From: Neophaeotheca triangularis
Taxonomy: Eukaryota
NCBI GenBank assembly: GCA_054600435.1
Contig: BAAIJX010000021.1
Coordinates: forward strand, 124,001 to 188,000
Direction of reading: 5' to 3'
DNA length: 64,000 nt
The translations under genes and the position numbers were made by a program. Within the stretch, counting starts at the first letter, position 1. The number at the start of each line of letters is the position of its first letter. Positions 59,688 through 64,000 of this stretch are shown here, piece by piece. The notes under the pieces are model-generated. The model made no database searches and was not told the DNA's origin. It worked only from the letters and a program-made list of their open reading frames with translations.

Positions 59688-61043
59688 ATGTCAAGAACGT
59701 ACTTCTCCCTCGGCGGAGACGACTCGACGCAGCGCTTCTTTACCACGTCAAAGTTCCCCATCTCGTGGCCCTCGATACCGCACATCCTCCCGCACCGCAT
59801 AAGACGGAAGTTCAGATCTACCAGATCCAAAATAGCCTCCAGGCAGACACCTACGTCGGCCATAGCATCTCTCAATACATCGTGGAGACCTTCAGACACG
59901 CTCCAGAGTCTAAGGACCCATCGCTGGAGCTACTACGATGCGCAATACCTATTCCTCGCAATCCTCGGCATTTTCAGTTTATGCGTAATTCAACACCCGG
60001 GACCTATGGTCAAGACTCTGGTGGCTACCTTGATTATGCTGTCACTCATAATACCCGTGACGAGACAGTTCTTCCTTCCCTTCCTCCCTATTGCAGCCTG
60101 GCTCATATTTTTCTACGCCTGCCAGTTTATTTCAGGAGAATACAGACCGCCGATTTGGGTCCGCGTGCTGCCGGCGCTGGAGAACATTCTGTATGGCGCA
60201 AACTTGAGCAACATCCTCTCGGCCCACAAGAGCACGCTTCTGGATGTCCTCGCTTGGCTACCGTATGGCATAACGCATTTCGGCGCCCCTTTCGTCTGCT
60301 CCGGCATCATGTTCATTTTCAGCCCCCCGGGGACAGTGCCTGTCTTCGCGCGCGCCTTTGGATACATGAACATTGCGGGGGTCATGATCCAGCTCTTCTT
60401 CCCTTGCGCGCCGCCTTGGTATGAAAACATGTACGGGCTCGCACCCGCCAACTACAGCATGCCGGGGTCACCGGCCGGGCTGGCAGCTATAGACAAGTTG
60501 TTCAGTATCGACCTGTACACCTCCACCTTCACGGCCTCGCCCATGGTCTTTGGCGCTTTTCCATCGCTGCACTCCGGTTCGGCTACCATCGAGGCGCTTT
60601 TCATGTCGTACGCCTTCCCCCGCTTACGGCCTCTCTTCATTGTCTACGCCATGTGGCTCTGGTGGGCTACCATGTATCTCTCGCACCACTATGTCGTCGA
60701 TTTAGTTGCTGGCTCCATGATTGCCGCGACTTGCTATTTCATCAGCAAAGGCTCTTTCTTACCGCGACTGCAGCCAGGCAAGAAGTTCAGATGGGACTAC
60801 GATTACGTCGAGTGCGGCGAGACAAGCGAACCGTACGCTTATGGGCTAGCGGGAGGACTCGATGATCTCCACCACCCCGGACTCCAGGGCGACAGTGACG
60901 AGTGGACGATTGGGTCAAGTTCTGCCTACTCGAACGCGAGCCGGAGCCCGAGTGCCGGAGTCCGGTCCCCGATAATGGGCGATGATCAATGGGAGGGAGA
61001 CACGCTGGCTAGCAACTCGGACGGCGAGTACCAAAAAGCGTAG
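59688..61043 (+). CDS. AUR1: Inositol phosphorylceramide synthase
   Basis: QFFLPFLP, RPPIWVRVLPALENILYGANLS, LDVLAWLPYGITHFGAPF, PPWYE, FGAFPSLHS, WATMYLSHHYVVDL. Confidence 0.97.
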   Translation: MSRTYFSLGGDDSTQRFFTTSKFPISWPSIPHILPHRIRRKFRSTRSKIASRQTPTSAIASLNTSWRPSDTLQSLRTHRWSYYDAQYLFLAILGIFSLCVIQHPGPMVKTLVATLIMLSLIIPVTRQFFLPFLPIAAWLIFFYACQFISGEYRPPIWVRVLPALENILYGANLSNILSAHKSTLLDVLAWLPYGITHFGAPFVCSGIMFIFSPPGTVPVFARAFGYMNIAGVMIQLFFPCAPPWYENMYGLAPANYSMPGSPAGLAAIDKLFSIDLYTSTFTASPMVFGAFPSLHSGSATIEALFMSYAFPRLRPLFIVYAMWLWWATMYLSHHYVVDLVAGSMIAATCYFISKGSFLPRLQPGKKFRWDYDYVECGETSEPYAYGLAGGLDDLHHPGLQGDSDEWTIGSSSAYSNASRSPSAGVRSPIMGDDQWEGDTLASNSDGEYQKA

Positions 61044-62372
61044 GAGCTTGGCATGACTCCAGCGACATCTGGATTACTCACCGTATCTTTCCTCCGGCAG
61101 GCGGGGCAACGCTTTGTGACGGCCTAGATTTGATAATTTGCTGAGAGCAAAGCACATTGTATGGCGCGTCCAGGAGTTTTCTTCGAGGTGGGCAACTAGA
61201 GGAACAAGTGCTGGTTTTCGATTCCAGAACTAATGCTGCCTGGAGCGCCAGCGCTTTCCGCCCGGAGTGCTGTCGTCCTCTATGGCATATACACCTTGGC
61301 ACTGGCCCGGCGGTGCGCAAAGGCGAAGCTGTACGAGTACAGGATTAAGGGGGCCACGGCTTCTGGGCTTTGCAGAGGAGGCGGGCGACGGGCCACCACG
61401 AAGCAAGGGGCCACGAATCAAGGGGGCGGCTTCCCGTCAGCAAAAGCGGCCACCAGCGTTAGGAACGAGATCAGGGGGTCGGTCTTCGGAGGCAGGGAAA
61501 CGTAAAGGGCACCCATATATCGCCTGGGATGTGTAAGGGATGAGACAGTGGTAATAATATACATAACGACGACGATTCTGGAAAGCCAGCAGAATTCCAC
61601 AAAGGAAATAATAAAAGGAACACTTTTAATGCTACGGCACGTGCCATCGCTGCTTTTGCCTTCCTGCTCTCCATGGGTAAATCAGACGTGAGAATGCGAG
61701 CAGCTGTTAAGGGCATCTCTTTGACGAGAAAGGAAGTATGCCGAGGCGGTTCTCAGCCTCTGCCATAAAGGCTGACACGTTGACTTCACCGTCATGGCGA
61801 AGAGCAGCCCCAGTCGCGGGCGCGTTGCTACAGCTCGTCGACCAGCCCCTCGTGGATTGCGCATCCGTTGACCACGACTGCGGTGAAGTGCCGCCGCCTT
61901 AGCCGGATAGGTTCCCAGGCCATACCGCTAGTAGATGGAGGCGCTTACGTACGTAGGTAGGTAGGTAGGTAGGTGGGAAGGAAAAGGAAGAAAAGGGACG
62001 TAGCACGAGTTGCACTCTGCTCTGGTCGAAGAGGCCAAGGCCTCCCTCAGACGTAGCTCGTTAACGCTAGCTGGGTGGCGTCTATAGAGTAGTAGTAACA
62101 GCCGTCTTTGTCGGTAGTATGTCGAGATGGGGAAGTTGTAGGGTTAGAGATTCGAGACGGCGTTGGCGGTCGATACTACTTACTGACTCTCGGCCTTCGG
62201 ACCACGCATATACCACTCCCCCTCTCCCCGCATCCCCTATCCTCGCCTCCCTAGCGATAGTTGCGCCCTACTACGAGCGGCGGAAAACTCGCAAGACGGC
62301 GTTGCTGGGAGATAAAAACCTAGTGTCTAGGGAGGCACTATATTTGTTGGAATCTTCACTGTTCTAGTAAAA

Positions 62373-62438
62373 ACCCCTATAGATCTTGTGGTTAGATATT
62401 CGCTTGTTACTATGAAATGTATTAATCGCGGGAGACCT
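62373..62438 (+). pseudogene. Degenerate tRNA-Asp-like remnant lacking the T arm and 3' acceptor strand
   Basis: ATAGATCTTGTGGTTAGATATTCGCTTGTTA-[~17 nt]-CGCGGGAGACCT aligns with the neighbouring tRNA-Asp (ATTGGTCTAGTGGTCATGATTTCCGCTTGTCA-[16 nt]-CGCGGGAGACCT). Confidence 0.65.
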
Positions 62439-62555
62439 CAACGCCTATCTTGAATATAAATCAGTAGATATGACATATGAAGAAGAAAAAAGAGAGTGCG
62501 GACAATCGCCATTAATGAGTGAGTAAATCGGATTTCAATAGCAAAAAAGAATTGA

Positions 62556-62643
62556 CTCTCCATCTGGGAATCGAACCCAGGTCTCCCGCGCTTGACATGT
62601 ATTAGATGACAAGCGGAAATCATGACCACTAGACCAATGAAGA
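62556..62643 (-). tRNA. tRNA-Asp(GTC) with a 16-nt intron (62591-62606)
   Basis: Acceptor TCTTCAT/ATGGAGA+G73; anticodon arm TCCGC-TTGTCA^C-GCGGG; T arm CTGGG-TTCGATT-CCCAG; downstream T6 terminator. Confidence 0.95.
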
Positions 62644-63280
62644 TTGGAACAACTTGAGTTGCTCATTGGCTGTGGCGAAACTCAGGATAAAACAAATATA
62701 TTTCTAGATCTAAAGATCAGCTTCACAGTTCGATAACTAGACTAGCCTGGGACAGATGTGAATGAGTTTTGATAGGTGTTGTTTCTGTACTCCTATTCTC
62801 TCGCCTCCCGGGCACCCAAAGTGGCTACTACTTCCACCTCGTATCCACCTTTTGATGCTCCAAATCCACATAATGGAGCCGACTGTGTAGAGAAGCTCAA
62901 CCTGGGGAAGGGGGTCTAGACCTCGAACCCGGCTCGTACAGCTACTAGGTACCCAGGTAGCTTTTGGCGGCTGGGCAGGTTGCAGCTGCGAGATGGTGGG
63001 CGGGCAGTGTCGATCAACAACAATGACGCACGAGAGCTCCCCAGCTTGACGGAAGCAACGCGTGGGCGAAGAGGAGATCCAAAGCAGGTACGCAGGCGAG
63101 GCAGGCAGGTAACTTACAGGTATTCGTTATATAAGGTACGGTAGCTGGGACTTGACCCCTCTCTTTCCCTTTCCCCTCGATCAACCAACCACATCGTCCT
63201 CAAACCCTAAACCAAACCACCCAAATCATCCAACGCACTCAAACCAACAACCCACTACCAGTACCTCCACTACCTCTACA

Positions 63281-63600
63281 ATGTCAGGACTCATGGACAA
63301 GGCGAAGTCGGCGATGAGCGGCGGCGACAAGGGCGGCAGCTCAGGCGGCAGCAGTGGCAGAAGCGACAACATCAAAGCCACGGACAAGCGTACGTTCTCC
63401 CCCGCAGAAGTCTCCTCCACCCCCTCCCTCCCTCCAAGCCTCTCCTCTTCAGGTCTTTGGGGCAAACACGCTGACTTGATCCGACCATAGCAATCGACAT
63501 GGCGACCGACAAGGCCGGCTTGGGAGACAAGTATGACGACAAAATCGACAAGACGGTCGATGGCCAGATCAACAAGCAGATGGGTGGAGGAAAGAAGTAG
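63281..63600 (+). CDS. Small hydrophilin/LEA-like protein (about 72 aa)
   Basis: TATATAA near 63128. MSGLMDKAKSAMSGG...ATDK|PIDMATDKAGLGDKYDDKIDKTVDGQINKQMGGGKK*; intron 63390-63490 (GTACGT...CTGAC...TAG). Confidence 0.75.
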
Positions 63601-64000
63601 AATCGACTCGCAACGACCGAAACGAAACAGGCACGAATGGTACGGATGATGGCGATGATGGCCTGAGAAATGACCTTTGCGGAGGGTCTTGACGAGTATC
63701 CAGATACACTGTATTCAGATACCTACAATTGTCGTCTTTATTGCTTTCTTTTGCTCTCGATCACTCTTTCAGGTACAGTCGCTGTGATATTTGACTGTAG
63801 TGTTTTACTGGCGGCGTACTTGCATGTACACCAAAGAAGCCAGTCGACGCCCAAGCTCTAACCCTAGAATGGAGGGCATCTGTAGGTAGAACCGGCCACA
63901 GTGCAGTTCCAGCTAGTACGAAGCGTACCAAGGCATATGTAGAAAAGGAACAGAGACCGTCGGACTCTCACCTGTTGTGCATCTAAGAAGAAGTAATTGC

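Noticed and set aside
59264..60424. 386-aa ORF overlapping the AUR1 5' region
   Set aside because: Alternative frame running through microsatellites and AUR1 coding sequence; no ATG start and no motifs.
1..61043. Apparent enrichment of lipid genes (Ppo, TSC13, LRO1, AUR1) as a cluster
   Set aside because: Spread over 60 kb among unrelated housekeeping genes; no evidence of a coordinated cluster.

Overview
Gene-dense nuclear DNA from a filamentous ascomycete (Pezizomycotina; Dothideomycete-like by inference), with short GT-AG introns carrying CTRAC-type branch points. About 22 protein genes can be supported. They include a partial Ppo-type fatty-acid dioxygenase, TSC13, an ACS-family MFS permease, ATP5, an orphan C2H2 factor, a GAR-domain protein, a DUF2470 protein, an SNF2 ATPase, an arylsulfatase, an HMG-box factor, three mitoribosomal proteins, GET2, a 2H phosphoesterase, MAK3, LRO1, HIS7, a GNAT, a DOPA dioxygenase, AUR1 and a small hydrophilin. 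RNA features are an intact tRNA-Asp(GTC), an inverted decayed copy of it, and a 5S rRNA 3' half. The most interesting signals are: (1) an atypical tRNA-like gene with an AAT anticodon and a 145-nt highly structured, apparently pseudoknotted intron; (2) a dispersed three-gene module (biotin carboxylase-BCCP, carboxyltransferase, DUF1330-like protein) in which every member carries a candidate peroxisomal targeting signal; (3) a 5S 3' half joined to unrelated structured sequence; (4) two pairs of tandemly duplicated orphan or decayed genes. All homology calls come from motif recognition by eye, not from database searches.
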